63,187 bases of DNA, filler included, from Dugesia japonica (GCA_001938525.1; 6 parts of 6 records of this genome joined end to end with filler, not necessarily neighbours in it), one strand, 5' to 3'; positions 1 through 13,649 are shown, counted from the first letter of the whole stretch. Notes: generated by a model from the sequence alone, not told the origin. Made by a program: numbers and translations.

Positions 1-1390
1 AACAGTATATTTGGATGCCAAGAAAGAAAAAACAAGGCTAAAATATATTAATAACATATAACAGAATGAAAACATTGTAGACAAAATTCGGAATGTATTT
101 TGTAAAATCTTCAGTAAAATCTTCAAAAAATAATTCAAACAATGCAAAACAAAGTGCGATAAGTAGAAAAAATCATTCAAAGAAACTATTTGGATAAGCT
201 TGATCGCGAATTGAAATTGATGATGGATTATTAGTCGTAGAAAGAAAAAATAAAAATTTGATAATAGTACCAACGAGCATAACCAACGAAATAATCGGAC
301 ATTCATGAAGAATTATGTCATTTAGGAATAAAGAAGATATTTTCATATTTAGAGAAAAATTATTACTGGCCTGCAATAATGGAGACTATTAAAAATAACT
401 TGAATAAATGTGTGATTTGTAAAAATGAAAAAAATTGATCAAGGAACAAAGAAAGAGCTGCTGTTACCTAGAAAGTTTCAAGATATTTTGGAGCAAACTT
501 TGGTAAATATTGCTCATATGGAAACAGTGGCATTAGGAAAAAGTATATGGTGGTGATTATCGATCGGTTTAGCAAACTGGTAAGTATATCAGAGTTATCA
601 AAGATAAATGAAGAAAGAATTTTCGGAATAATTTTGAACAAATGGATATATCGTTTTGGCAAACCGAAAAGCATATTAACCGACAGAGGAAGAGTGTTTG
701 AGAGTAAATTCGTGTCAGAGACGTTAGCGTAGTTTAATATTAGACAAGAGTTCAGCTCTCCGTATCAACACCAATTGAATGGGCTGGTAGAAAGAATGAT
801 TCTTACGATAAGAGATATGATTACAACTTCACTTAAAGAAAATTGTAATGAGAAAAACTGAGATACATTACTTCCAAGAATTGAGTTCAGTAAAAAGGCT
901 GCTGTTAAAGAGTCGACAAAGTTGTCACCCTTTGAGATTATTTTTTGAAGGCGGATAAATTTGCATTCAAGGACAGAAAACATTTCTGAAAACAAAACAG
1001 CTAATCTAGAGATAATTAGAAAACATTTAAATGAAGCCGCTAATAAAATGGCAACTTTTGAAAATGAAAAGCGTGGACAGAAAATTTTCAAAGAGGAGGA
1101 GTGGGTTTTAGTTTGTGTAGAACCACACAAAAGAAAGAATAATGATTTTCAATAAGAAGGACCATATCAGATAATGAAGTTCATATCAGATAGGCAAGAA
1201 GAAATCCAATTTCTTCACAGTTCAAAGTACAGAAGAAAAGAATGGCTAAAGAAGTGGAAAGCATTTTGAAGAGAGATAGAGTTAGTTATAATGATTAACA
1301 ATTTGTTTTAATATTATTTAAAAATTGTGTAATTTTGAATTATAATAAATATTTTAATGAAGACTGATTTTAAAAGTAACTTAACTAATA
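1..1390 (+). mobile_element. Ty3/Gypsy 3' remnant: decayed integrase, PPT and short 3' LTR (~1281-1390)
   Basis: Integrase motifs KYMVVIIDRFSK, RFGKPKSILTDRGRVFES, SSPYQHQLNGLVER and EGPYQI, with stops; purine tract GAAGAGAGATAGAG ~1268-1280. Confidence 0.85.
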
Positions 1391-1444
1391 CAATAAACAA
1401 TTTTAGTAGAGAATCCAACGAACAATGAATTATTTGATTATTTC

Positions 1445-4400
1445 TATTGGTTTAATTTAAAATCTCACAACTCTCAATAAGTTTATATTTATTATCACAA
1501 GTTTCTTGATAAAAGTAAAAAAGATGGAGAAATGGTATTCAAAAAAATAATCTGAGAAATTTAATTCCAATTTACAGTAAAATATTTACAAAATATAGAT
1601 TTTAATTTTACGAAATATTTTTACTTTATATATATTTTTAATTATTTAAATTATTTAAAATAATTTTATACTTTTATAATTTGCCTAATGTAATGTATGC
1701 AAATTATTTAAATTAATTTGCATTTTAAAAAAGTATTTTATTTTAAAAATCTGTTTTTACTTTTTTACAATAATATTTGAATGTTTTAAAAAATAAATTT
1801 TAATAAAATATAATTTAATATATACCAAATTAAAAAATTTCCCAGATATTTTGAAATATATGAATCACTCTTACATCCCGCTCTTTAAATTTTTTTTTAA
1901 TCTTTTCCACATTTCTTTCCATCCTCTTGCCTTCTGAACTCTTCAGCAGGTATCGTCTTTCAGGAACCTGTTTTATCATTTTGTATGGACCTGTATATCT
2001 TTCTTTGTTTTTTGATCTGCTTTTTACCTTAATTAACACCTTGTCTCAAACTTGAAAATGTCTCTTTGTTGGTGTCAACGTTTCAGATTCTTCATTCTTT
2101 TCTTCATTATTGAACCATCTTTCTCTATGTATCTTCTTTCTGAATATCACTTCTGCTGGACTTATCTCCAAGTTCTTCTGGCTTATTGTATTTAGTGTAT
2201 GTTCGATTTCTGGTATTAATTCTGCAAAAGTTCTATTCTTTTTATCTTTTAATATTGCATTGATGTAATCTCTGACGTTCTACTATTTCGTTTGTATTAT
2301 GATGATATTTACTTGAAAAGCAAATTGTTATATTCATTGAAGCTGTCATCTCTTTAAAGGTTTTTGATTCGATAATCTTCCTACAATCTACATGTATCTC
2401 TTTTGGAGCAACAAATCTTAGTATCCATTTATCTATAATCATTTTCTATATTGACTCCTCATCTTGTTAAACTAGGGTTGTTAAGCATATGTATCTTCTA
2501 AAAATTTTTATTATGGCACATATATATCTTTTTCCTCCTAAAGTTTCATGGAATGGCCCGCATATCAAAATAAATACACTCAAATGGTTCATTAGCCTTT
2601 AACTTTATAGTTTCATCCTTTGTTCTAACGGTTGTTACTTTATTCATGTGGTACATTCTGCATTCTTTAATTACATTTGACACAGTTTCTCTCAAATCTT
2701 CCATATCTTATACATTTTTTAAATAATTTATCACCTTTTCTGTGCCGGCGTGCACTAATATGTTATGCATTTCTTTAGCCATTTGAAGTTTCTTTACTGA
2801 CAGGATCCATATTTTGCCATCTTTTGTTTTAACTATATCTTCCATTAATTGAAACCTTTTATATGTTCCATTTTTATATTATTCTTTATCTGTTCCATTT
2901 CTTCTACTTTATTTTGCCATTTTTATNNNNNNNNNNNNNNNNNNNNNNNNNNNNNNNNNNNNNNNNNNNNNNNNNNNNNNNNNNNNNNNNNNNNNNNNNN
3001 NNNNNNNNNNNNNNNNNNNNNNNNNNNNNNNNNNNNNNNNNNNNNNNNNNNNNCCTTGTCTAAATTCCAATACAATATTTAGGCTACTAAGAAAATTTAT
3101 CTAAGTCTGAAATTACGGAGTAATAGGCTGGTTTTTCTTTTCATAAATGCTATCGTTTTGTAATCTGTTCTCACAAAAAATCTTTTTCCATTCAAATAAT
3201 GTTTAAAATGGTTACTGTTAGATAAGATTGGAGTATTCATCGAATCACCAATATTAAAATTTAACTCCATAGGAAAACCTATTCAATAAAAAAACTATTT
3301 GTTTATTCAAACAAATTAAAATCGATGTTTTAATTGGTGATCGCTTTTCAAGTTTTTTTATAAAATATTTAAGGTTATTTAAAATTTTCATTCAAACTTA
3401 AAACAAATTTGTACTTGATTATTTTCAAACGTAATTTAAAATTTAACAAAATACACATTAGTTATTTAAATTTTTCATCTACAATCAAAAGTGTTTTAAA
3501 TGAAAGATTTTAAAAAGAAACAATCACCAACCACAAAAAAATTTCAACTCGCTTTTTAAAACATACTCACAGTTACAAAAATAGTATATAGCCAATAATT
3601 CTTTATTTGTTATACACTATCATTTTTCATGGGCTGACATTGCATGTGACCCATATCTGAACCTTTTTAATCTATTTTCAATAAATGACATTTTTTTGGA
3701 TTAGTTCTCAATCCTGATTCTTGAATTCTTTTGAAAACTTGGTCTAAATTTCTAATGTGCTGCTCTACATTTTCTGAAAATATCAATATATCATTCATGT
3801 ATACCATCGTTCTTTTCAATCTTCCTAACACGTTTGTCATTAATTCTTGAAACGTACCAGATGCTGCAGCTATACTAAAAGGCATTTTGTGAAACAATAC
3901 TGTCCATTGTACATAGTAAATGCTGTTTTCAATTGTGAATCTTTATATAATGGAACTTGATAATATGCATTACAAAAATAAACATTTCTAAAATATCTTG
4001 CACCACTCAAATTGTCTAGTATTTTCTCTACATTAGACATAAAAAATGCCTGTCTTTCTGTGATTGCATTCAGTTTTTTAAAATCTAGACATAATCTAAT
4101 GTATTCTCTTTCTTTTTTCAAAACACATATTAACGGGGTGTCCCGTTGCAAATTACACTTTCTAATAATGCCATTGTCAAAGAAATTCTTGATAGCTTTA
4201 TCTATCTTGTTCTCTAAATGCATTGGCTGTCTCCATGATTTGGTATTTATTGGTTCACNATTTTGATTATTTGATGTTTTGCCATTGTTGTTCTGCTGAT
4301 ATACTAGTTGTCTGCCATTAATATTCCTTGATAAATCATTATAACTTTCTTTAAATTCTCATTTGGCTTGTTAGTCAATATTTACATTGCTCTCTGTACT

Positions 4401-6338
4401 CTCTCTTCATACGTTGTATTGCATCCATACTTTGTTTATATATTACAAAGATAAATTTCATTGTCCTCACATTTAGTCTCTCACAGCAGTGGGAATCCAA
4501 ACTTTTTCTGTAATTCTATTCCTCCAATTAGATCTGAGTGTATCTGTTTCACCACAATGAATTTAACTGCTTCGCTTTTATTCTCAAATTTTATTTCTAC
4601 CTTTATCGTACCTACTATTTTGAGCGGACTATTATTGGCACATCTTAACTTGTCTTCACTTTTTAATATATTGACTTTTTCCAATCTTTTCAAAATACTC
4701 AAACTGATCACATTAACTCTTGTTCCAGTGTCTAACAGGGAATCAACTTTCACGCTTGTATTTCAACCGTTGTACTTGGTCTACCTTGCATCTTGTCATA
4801 ACTTATCTCTTGTCGTTTAATCTTTTCTATGGTCAAAATTCCACTGTCGTATTCTTCATTTATATCATTGATCATCTCTGGTTGGTCTCTAATTAATTCT
4901 TTCTTTACAAACTGGTAAACCTTTTCTTTTACATTATTGTACTTATCTACTCTTTTTTTCCTTTCTTTTTTTTATATAATTATTTATACTACTTTTAATA
5001 TAATTAACAATAATGCAGTTGTTTCGGATACTTAATGCAATGCTCTGACAATCTTGACTTTGGTCAAAGCTTAGCCATTTGGGTATTCATCTTGATAAAT
5101 ATTTGATTCTTCATTACAATAGTAGCCTTTGTCTTCTCTACATGTACCTTAATCGAATTAATGTGTATTTTTTCTTATGCATTTATTCGTATTGTTCGAA
5201 TAATATCTTTGTTTGACATTTACGAATTCTTTTCTGGCCTGTTCATTTTTATTCTGATAACTAAACTGTCTGTTCAAATAATTTTTAACGGTCTTCTGTG
5301 TAATGACCTTTCTTGTTGCATCTTGAGCAACTAACTTTGGTAAAGTCTCTTTGAAAGTGTTGTTCAGATTCACAAGCATAACACTTTGTTTTCTTTCTTG
5401 ACAATTTCTGCTTACATGACCTATTTTGTTACATGTCCAACAAGTTATTTTTTGTCTTTCGTTGTTTCTGTTCTGTTGAATTCCTTCATTTTGACTCTTT
5501 TTGAAGTTTGTTTGTTCTGTACTTCGGCGAACTGCATCTCGTATTTACGAACTACATTTATTTCTTCAGTTTTTACTACGTCTTTTATATCTTCCCACTA
5601 TTTTATTGCTTTAAATACATCTACTTTTTCTATTTTTTCTGATGTGATTTTATGTTTAATCTTTCTGTCATTGCAACTATTCCATATTAACTTCTTTGTT
5701 AAGTCCTCTTTGTTCTATTAATGAGCAATTAACTTTTCTACCAATTCTTCAATCTTCTTTTTATAGATATTTATATGCTCTCCATTCCTTCAATAATTTA
5801 GTGCTTTTTCCATATCTTAAATCATTGTTGATAGCCTAAAGAAAGTCTTTCTGAATCTTTCTTCAAATCCCAATGCTTCATCTTCATTTTCATAGATTTC
5901 GTGCAGTTCTTTATCTATGAAAGCAACTACAAACAAACTCCTTTGGTCTTTCTTTGTTCCTATTATATCAAAATATTTTGTTGTCTTCAAAATAAATCTT
6001 TCGACATCATTGCACAATTTAAAAGTTCCAGGGTTCATGGCTTCTTTTAGCGAATCCACTGATACGTTGGTCACCATATTAGTTAAATTCAAAATCTCAC
6101 CAGTCTCCATAAATTTGTATTTATTATTACAAGAGTTTTTGATTAAAATAAAATAATGATGAAGAATAATTCTTAGTATTCAAACAAATAATCTGAGAAA
6201 TTTTTCAATAAAATATTTTAAAAATATCGATTTTATTTTTTACGAAATATTTTACTTTACATAATAATTTCATAAAATATTTTAAAAAAATCAATGAATA
6301 TTTTAATCAGATATTTAAATCAATGAATAATTCTTACA
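1445..6338 (-). mobile_element. Decayed Ty3/Gypsy element (gag-PR-RT-RH-INT) with diverged LTRs ~1445-1873 and ~6077-6338
   Basis: Gag ORF 5817-6110; protease LLDTGTRVNVI; RT RLCLDFKKLN, MPFSIAAASGTFQ, VYMNDILI; RNase H LLAIYYFCNHF; integrase YTGPY. PBS TGGTGACCAACG at 6076-6065; PPT next to 1873. 1445-1630 resembles 6077-6260. No TSD seen and a gap lies inside, so it may be chimeric. Confidence 0.85.
3216..3571 (-). mobile_element. Solo LTR inserted in the RNase H region of the host Gypsy element
   Basis: TG...CA ends; perfect 5-bp TSD GTTAC (3211-3215 and 3572-3576); similar to LTR 10322-10738; removing it restores LLAIYYFCNHFKHYL. Confidence 0.9.
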
Positions 6339-7514
6339 GAGTAGAAATAAAAAGAACCCAAAACAACCAACGAGCATGACTGGACCACCAATAATAATGG
6401 GCAATAATTTAGACAGCGAATACTATCCGAATCTGGCAACAATAGATAATTATATTAGTATAACCTCACAGCGAAAAGACGAAATTCCAGAACAGCTGTA
6501 CTGAAGAATGTTTAATTTAGCGTGTAATGCACATTAGAATCACAAAATGAATAGAAAAAAGTGAAAGATTTTTCCAGAAATAATAAATCTATATAAAGAG
6601 GCAATATTAGAGAAAACCGTGGGAGCTTATTTTTGAGTTGAAATTAGTTATCCAATTATAGATGGTAATTTGGTGACAACGATGCCGACCAAAGAGATTG
6701 AGGGATTTTAAAACAACAATTATCGGCAAGTTACAAGATATTCTCAGTGAATTACTTCTATAACACGGAGTGGAACGATCTAGAATCATATGTGAATATA
6801 TGGTGATTGAACGAGAATAACTAAATAAATGAAATAAATATTTACCTGAATTCAGGTTGAGACCTAGAGAGATGATATAATTAACGTTAGAATTCGATGA
6901 TTGGTAACCAAAAAACTGTATGAAGCAGTCAATTAGCCGAATCAGTGCTAAATTGAGAAAAGTGTATCAAAAGGAAAAAGACAAAATGGATTATTTGAAA
7001 TTAATTCATAATGATCAAATGGGATTAACAGCAACTGTGTAAAATATAGTATGTGTGAAATAAGCCCCATCATACTATCTATAATTTATCAATATTCATT
7101 GACAATAAGTTAAGCAATTTACTTTTCGTTTATATTATTTAAAATCAATTAATCATACACACATATACATAGAAATAAAAACATTTTCATGACATCATGG
7201 GGTCAAAGGTTCTACAAAAGGTAATTAATTATACATGTTAGGTAGATCTTCAATTGTTAATTCATTTTGTAAATCAGAATTCATATTGTTAGACATTTTT
7301 TATTTTACTACTACAAATTATATTTCATAAGATAAATAATTATGAAATACAAGTATTTAAATATTAATATTTGGATATCTCAATTTCTATTGGGTGAGAT
7401 TAATAATTAATAATTATTTCCTTATAATACATATGACATAATCAAAAGCATTACAAATCATGTACATACATAAATAGTTATATATAAACCAAGTCAATAT
7501 AATTTATTTCATTA

Positions 7515-7905
7515 ATGAAAATGCAAGAATCGAAAGATAGTGCAACAACCAGGGATTTTAAATCAAAGAAGACATACTTTGACAAGCCAATCACCTATTC
7601 CTTTTAAGTAACATTCAGTTTCATCATTACAATTATTAATTTTCATTTAGGAACAAGTAAATGTACTTAAATCTAAATATGACTTGCAGTTAACAAACAT
7701 TAGCAAGGCTGATCAAACGGCTATCAATGATATTCTATCAAAATTTGACAATACCATGTAAATAAAAGATAGTGTTTTTATTGATTCAAAGAAAATAATC
7801 ATAAACAAATGTATGATCATAGTGGACATACTAGGATACAAGAAAATAGGTAGTGGTACAAAACCTATTTGGGAGTTGAAAAAGACAGAAATATGCATGC
7901 AATAA
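7515..7905 (+). pseudogene. Unknown two-exon gene, paralog A (exons 7515-7607, 7651-7905; two in-frame stops)
   Basis: GT-AG 43-nt phase-0 intron; translation aligns with paralog B along the length of B. Confidence 0.6.
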
Positions 7906-7980
7906 GTTATTCTTACCATAGACAATATTATGATAATTGTAATTGATTCTGGATTGCCTAGATATTATTATCAGTTCAAT

Positions 7981-8328
7981 ATGAATTTCTTCATAAAGCT
8001 GATTATTTATACATTCCAAGTAAAGTTTGTAACTATTATTACTGTTATTATTATAATTTAGGAAGCAGTTAAACTAAATGGATGTACATTCAGTATGCAA
8101 ATATTAGAAATCAGTCCAGAGGACAAGACAGTAATCAATAAACTTTTATCAAGAATGGATATGTTAAAAATAGATGATGCATCATTTATAAATGATAAGG
8201 AATCGGATGAAAATAGTTATACGAGTGATAAAAAGTACTTGATAACTGTAATATTCAAAGGATTCAAAAGATATGCCAGTTCAATTAGCACTGTTTGGAA
8301 GATAAAAATTATTCAAGATTGTGATTAA
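7981..8328 (+). CDS. Unknown two-exon 101-aa protein, paralog B (exons 7981-8019, 8062-8328)
   Basis: GT-AG 42-nt phase-0 intron at the same position as in paralog A; open spliced frame MNFFIKLIIYTFQ/EAVKLNG...WKIKIIQDCD. Confidence 0.6.
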
Positions 8329-9399
8329 TAAATGTTTTTAACCCTATTTTGTTTATTTGTTTTCATTTAGTTATACACTAGTTTGTTAATCTTTATTAAT
8401 GGTATAAATAAAAACACAATTCAAAATAACAAGATTTATTAATTAAAACATTATTTATTGTTTCCATGCATTATTATTTTATTATGATCATTATAGCATA
8501 ATAGTGCTCGTATATAAACTATGTAATAGACAGTATAGAAGTACATACACAGTATATAGTTTAAATAACACACAGCCTAGTCAGACACTATGTTATAAAT
8601 TTATCAGTTTATAGTGATCGTATGAATTGGAAATTAGTGTCATTCGATTCAAAATTAAAAACAAAAACTATTTATACATTGCTTAATAAATTACTACTGA
8701 AAGATATATGGTTCTAGAAATAATATTTAATTATTGGTTATATTTATAATTATAATTACGACATAATATTATTTTTACATCATTAAAATCAGAATAAAAT
8801 ACTACCTATACATTGCTTGAAGGACTTATAGTGAAAAATGCTTTCTTTTATTAATTTTTATATATTAACTCACTGTTTTCCACTATTTTACTTTAACCAT
8901 TAAATGCAACCATTGAAATCTACGAAACAAATCCAACAAATTACATCTAATGAAAACTATAATTGATATCTTATCAACGTTTTTTTGTCAGTTCTACGCT
9001 GCATCATGAACTTAAATTCGGTGTTAACAATTTATATACATAACCCAATCCCTGTTGTTCTAAAGTCGTACTCTGACTGGGAAAGCGTATTGATTACCAC
9101 CGTTAGTACCTTGATTCAAACAATTCGATTTATGAAAAATACAACCAAGGAGAACTCCAAGGATGTTATTGACATCGATAACCCAACGTACCGAGCGTTG
9201 ATAAATTTCTGACAGCTTCTAGGTAGAATAAATCAAGATGAAATTAACTTCAAGTAAGGATAAAAGAAGAAGAAAGAGATTAAAAGCAGATAGAATTAAA
9301 AAATAAAAACCTCGAACCCTAACAAAAGTAAATTACAGAAAACCAGCAGCAAAATGTTTGGACATTTTGAAGGTCAAATGAGACATATTTAAGTTAAAA

Positions 9400-10320
9400 G
9401 TAAAAGATCGTTATTGCAGATCAATTATTACTAGTAAATTCACTGCATTTGTCATCTATCATTAATCCATTGATTGAAAAAATCTTTAGAGTTGTAAAAA
9501 ATTTTGTAAGTCACCAAAAAAATACATACTGCAAAAGTACGTTTCATCACAATTTAATAAAGTATTGACAGTAATTTTGCATGCTGGAATACTCTGTATA
9601 TTGAAACGAATTTATGAAAATCCTGATTGTATAAGGAAGTCACTATTTGATATAGATGCTAATTTCTATTTTTTACAAGAGGAAATGACATTATAGGGTG
9701 AGATGATTTCGGCATTACAGCCAATAAAAGCTACATTTGAATCACTTTGTTGTGAAAAGGCTAATTTATTTATTGTTGGTGTGCTTTTAAATTTATNTTT
9801 GGTGAATTATCAAGACTAAATAATGTTATTTGTGAAGAATTTAAACATAATTTGATTGTTTTATTGCAGAAACACGAAATGTGTATTCTGATGTAGAATG
9901 TTTACATATTTTTAATAGAGAAGCAGAGACTAATGATTATGACATTTGCAATAAATCGACAAGAATAAACTTTTAAAAATGTATTGTGAAATTGGCAGGT
10001 TATTTTATTAAACACTATAAAATCATAGACGAAGATATTGAACTGGTCGAAAATATACCCGAATTTAGCAATAATTTAACATTAAAGGAGAAGTTAAATC
10101 TTATTATTCAAAAGAAAGTCTCTTCTGAATTCGAAACCCAACACGCTAAGTCAACTTCATTTAGTTCTCTATCTCAAATTATAAAAAAGGAAATAAAACT
10201 GCTTGTTGAGCAAGGCATCATGTGTGATAACCTATAAACTTTGTAGATGCCTTGAAATCAATTCCTCAAACTAGTGCAGAATCAGAAACGTCATTTTCAG
10301 CAAAGGGATTATTTTGAACT
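9400..10320 (+). pseudogene. hAT-family transposase remnant
   Basis: IHCICH (CxxH motif), ALQPIKATFESLC, and C-terminal dimerization motif LKSIPQTSAESETSFSAKGLF; many stops and frameshifts. Confidence 0.75.
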
Positions 10321-10321
10321 A

Positions 10322-11178
10322 TGTTAGTTGAGTTTGGAAAACTCATTGTATCATCAATATCAAAATTCGAATTCATTACAACGCTTTATTAAAATCAAAA
10401 CTATAACCAATAATTTTTGTTAATCAAACAAATTAAAATTCTGTCTTTTAATTGTTTATCTTTTTCACAAAATTAAAAATTGAAACTTTTTATTTATTAA
10501 AAGTAATTTAATTTAATTCCCCTAAAAACATTTTATTTATTTACATAATTTTCATTTAAAAATTGAAAATTTTATTTATAAAAAGTAATTTAATTCAATA
10601 ATTTCAATTTATCCTTAAACCAAATATATTTTTTTAATTTTTCATCAATAATTTAAATCTCTATTTTAAACAAATGATTTTAAAACTAAGATCACCAATC
10701 ACACAAAAACTTCAACCTGTTTTTCAAAACACCTCACATCCCTTTTTTAAGAATTTTTTTGATCTTCTCTACGTTTCTTTTGAGAATTTTTCGGTTTGTA
10801 TACTTAAGGATGTAATGTCTATAATGAATCTTCCTCTTGATCTTATAGGGTCCTTCATAACGATCTTGGTTCTTGTTTCTTATTTCAGCTTTCACTAAGA
10901 CCTCATCGCCGATCTCGAATTGTCTTTGGGTTAATATATCTTTCTCTTGTTCTTTGTGCACCCTTTGAGTATTAGTTTCATACAATTTTTCTCTGCTGAT
11001 TCTCTTCCCAAATACGATTTCAGCAGAGATTTTCCCGATAGTTTTCAGTTTTGTAGCGTTTAAGGTAAATTCTATCTTAGGAAATACATCCGCCCAATCT
11101 GAGGTTTTCCTTTCTTTAAGCGTTGCATTAATCATGTCTCTCAAAGTTCTAAACTGCCTCTCAATTTGTCCATTTGTG
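10322..11178 (-). mobile_element. Ty3/Gypsy 3' end: integrase C-terminus, PPT, 3' LTR 10322-10738
   Basis: ORF 10734-11144 (IEFTLNAT...SAEIVFG...RYEGPY); PPT AAAAAAGGGA abutting the LTR start TGTGAGG. Confidence 0.85.
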
Positions 11179-11768
11179 TCAATGGGCTCGTAATCAGATA
11201 AAAGACATTACGAAATAAAATATTCATATTTAAAAACGAAAGATTTTAAGTTCAATCTAACGTATTGATGACGATTTGTTAAGGATTTCAAATTTTAAAT
11301 TTTAAAAACCCTGTACAGACGCAAAATGTTCATATCTTAGATAATATTTTGATACCAGTGTTTAGAGAATTAAAAGCTTTCTATATATTGTTTAAAAAGT
11401 TATATCGAAAAATGCATGCTTTATTATAAAATCAAAAACAAAGAAATTTTAAATTTTTTGNCTTTTGGTATTATTTCAGTATCTGAGAATTACCAATGAT
11501 AATTAATGAGTGTATATATTAAAAACAATTGAATGTATATAATTAAAAGGTGTTGATTTTTTATCGTATGACGTAGATTAATTTGATAAGATTTTGAAAT
11601 TTTGACTGGTCAAAAACGTTTTTTACCTTTTAAAATAATTGTTGACTTTTTGATAAACGTTTTGACAATTTAGACTTTAAAAATTTTAAAATAAGATATA
11701 TTTGTTTCTAGTCAAATATGTTTTTGAGTATTGTTTAGAGTATTTTAAGATTCAATTGACTACTCACA

Positions 11769-12870
11769 TTCCACCTTTGAAGAAATTTTTAATCTTCTCT
11801 ACGTTTTTTTCGAGCCTTTTTCCGTTTGTATCTTCCAGGATGTAATGTTTATCATGAACATTCCTCTTGATCTTATAAGGTCCTTCATAACGATCTTGTT
11901 TCAGCTTTCACTAAAACCTCATCACTGACCTCAAATTTTCTTTTGGTAAATATTTTTTCCTCTTGTCTTTGTGCACTCTTTGAGTATTTGTTTCATACAA
12001 TTTTTCTCTGCTGATTTTCTTCCCAAATACGATTTCAGCAGAGGTTTTCTCGATAGTTTTCTGTTTTATAGCGTTCAAGGTAAATTCTAACTCTGGCCAT
12101 ACATCCGTCCAATTTGAGGTTTTCCTTTCTTTAAGTGTTGCCTTAATTAGACTCCGCATAGTTCTAAACTGTTTCTCGATTTGTCCATTTGTGTTATGAT
12201 GATATGGACTAGAACGCCTGAGGGTAATGCCATGTTCAGCTGCAAAAACTATCATTGACTTAGACTCAAATGTTCTTCCACAATCAACTTGAATTTCTCT
12301 CGGACCCCCGAACTTTAAAAACCACTTCTTCAATATTGCTTTTCGTATGGTATCTTCATCTTGTCTTGTCATTGCTATCAAAGCTACAAAGTTACTGCAT
12401 TTGTCTATTATACCAAGAACATATTTTTTCCGACCTCTTGTCTCCGACAGTAGTCCACACACATCTATAAATAACAGTTCAAACATTTTGGATGGCTGGG
12501 TCTTCTTTGTTTCTTTCTTCGTTTTTGTTGTCAACACTTGAACTTTTTGACATATTATATAACTTCGGACAACCTCTTGTACTTTGCTCCACAAATGATT
12601 CGCGTTATAATTATGCTTAATATACGCTGCTACTTTTTATTCTCCAACATGACACAAAAGGTGGTGTATTCTCATTATAATCTCTTCTACTTTATCATCA
12701 GGCATCCATGTTCTTTCATCATTCTCACCGAAATTGCCTTGTTTTTCTTGAATACCTACTGTATTTAACATCCTTGTTTTTAATTTTCCACTTTTGAGAT
12801 CTTCATGTGACATTAGACATTGTACACATCCATCGCATTTATTCCTTGATAACATATCCAAATTTGTATG
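11769..12870 (-). mobile_element. Ty3/Gypsy integrase remnant, same family as 10322-11178
   Basis: ORF 11911-12594 with FIDVCG, LGIIDKCS, VDCGRTFES, SSPYHHNTNGQIEK; HHLLCHVG zinc-finger start; PPT and LTR start near 11768. Confidence 0.88.
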
Positions 12871-12970
12871 NNNNNNNNNNNNNNNNNNNNNNNNNNNNNN
12901 NNNNNNNNNNNNNNTTAATTAATTAANNNNNNNNNNNNNNNNNNNNNNNNNNNNNNNNNNNNNNNNNNNN
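12871..12970. other. Artificial scaffold linker (44N-TTAATTAATTAA-44N); identical linkers at 22837-22936, 31622-31721, 43138-43237, 53700-53799
   Basis: Five identical 100-bp structures, each with a six-frame stop cassette in the middle. Confidence 0.95.
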
Positions 12971-13649
12971 AAGCCTCTTCTAATATTTGTTTGGAATCTA
13001 CAGCCAATCAACTTAAATATATATTACTAGATACAAAATTAATGGTTAGACGAGTACGAGTTAAATCATCAGTACTGGTTGCTCATCAGTTGAGTCTAAA
13101 AAGCAAAATGCTGATTATCCAATAAGAACCAAGGAAGTCGTTGCATTTGCAATTAGTAAAGATAGTTCATCGTTTTATAAGAAACAAATCTTTGGTGATC
13201 GTCGATTACCTAGCNTTATTTTGGTTACATTTCAAAATGGTGAACTATATAACGGTAGTTATAAAACCTTAAGTTCAACATTTCCAAATCTAGAAGCTGT
13301 TTTTGTTTCCTGGATGAAAAACACTGCTTACCGAGACATATTTACTCAGGATTTTACAAACGATAATTATGCTACAACATATATACAATCTATAGTAAGA
13401 AATATGGGTTATTTGGATAAAAATATGAATTGTGGAATAACACTTAGTGATTTTAAGGATAATTATCCCTTGTTCACATTTGTATTTGCTCCAGATGCAG
13501 ATATAAATCAAAGTCAATTACCTCAACAAGGAAATTTGAGATTGGTTATCAAGTTTGCCAAAGCTTTAACTACACCGGCATATGTAATAATTTATGGAGT
13601 ATTTGAAAAGGAGATTAATATTCAAGAAAACGGAACAGTATTGGTGTAA
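12971..13649 (+). pseudogene. Polinton/Maverick major capsid protein (double jelly-roll, PY), C-terminal part
   Basis: KLMVRRVRVKSSVLVAH..YPI..RLPSxILVTF..YNGSY..GITLSDFKDNYPLFTFVFAPD..GNLRLVIKFAKAL..VIIYGVFEKEINI, typical of one class of Polinton MCP; frameshift near 13105. Confidence 0.88.

Noticed and set aside
765-1130. Antisense ORFs over Gypsy, hAT and MCP genes (e.g. 765-1130, 4461-4820, 27473-27856, 31740-31976, 44394-44828)
   Set aside because: Shadow frames of identifiable genes on the opposite strand.
6400-7060. Very decayed integrase-like text (KPWELI, FQVxD, TKKLY); similar RT-like debris at 18950-19570
   Set aside because: Too fragmentary to assign with confidence.
8985-9212. 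75-aa ORF; likewise coding-looking stretches at 20050-20540, 29600-30160 and 41050-41330
   Set aside because: No recognisable motif or independent support.
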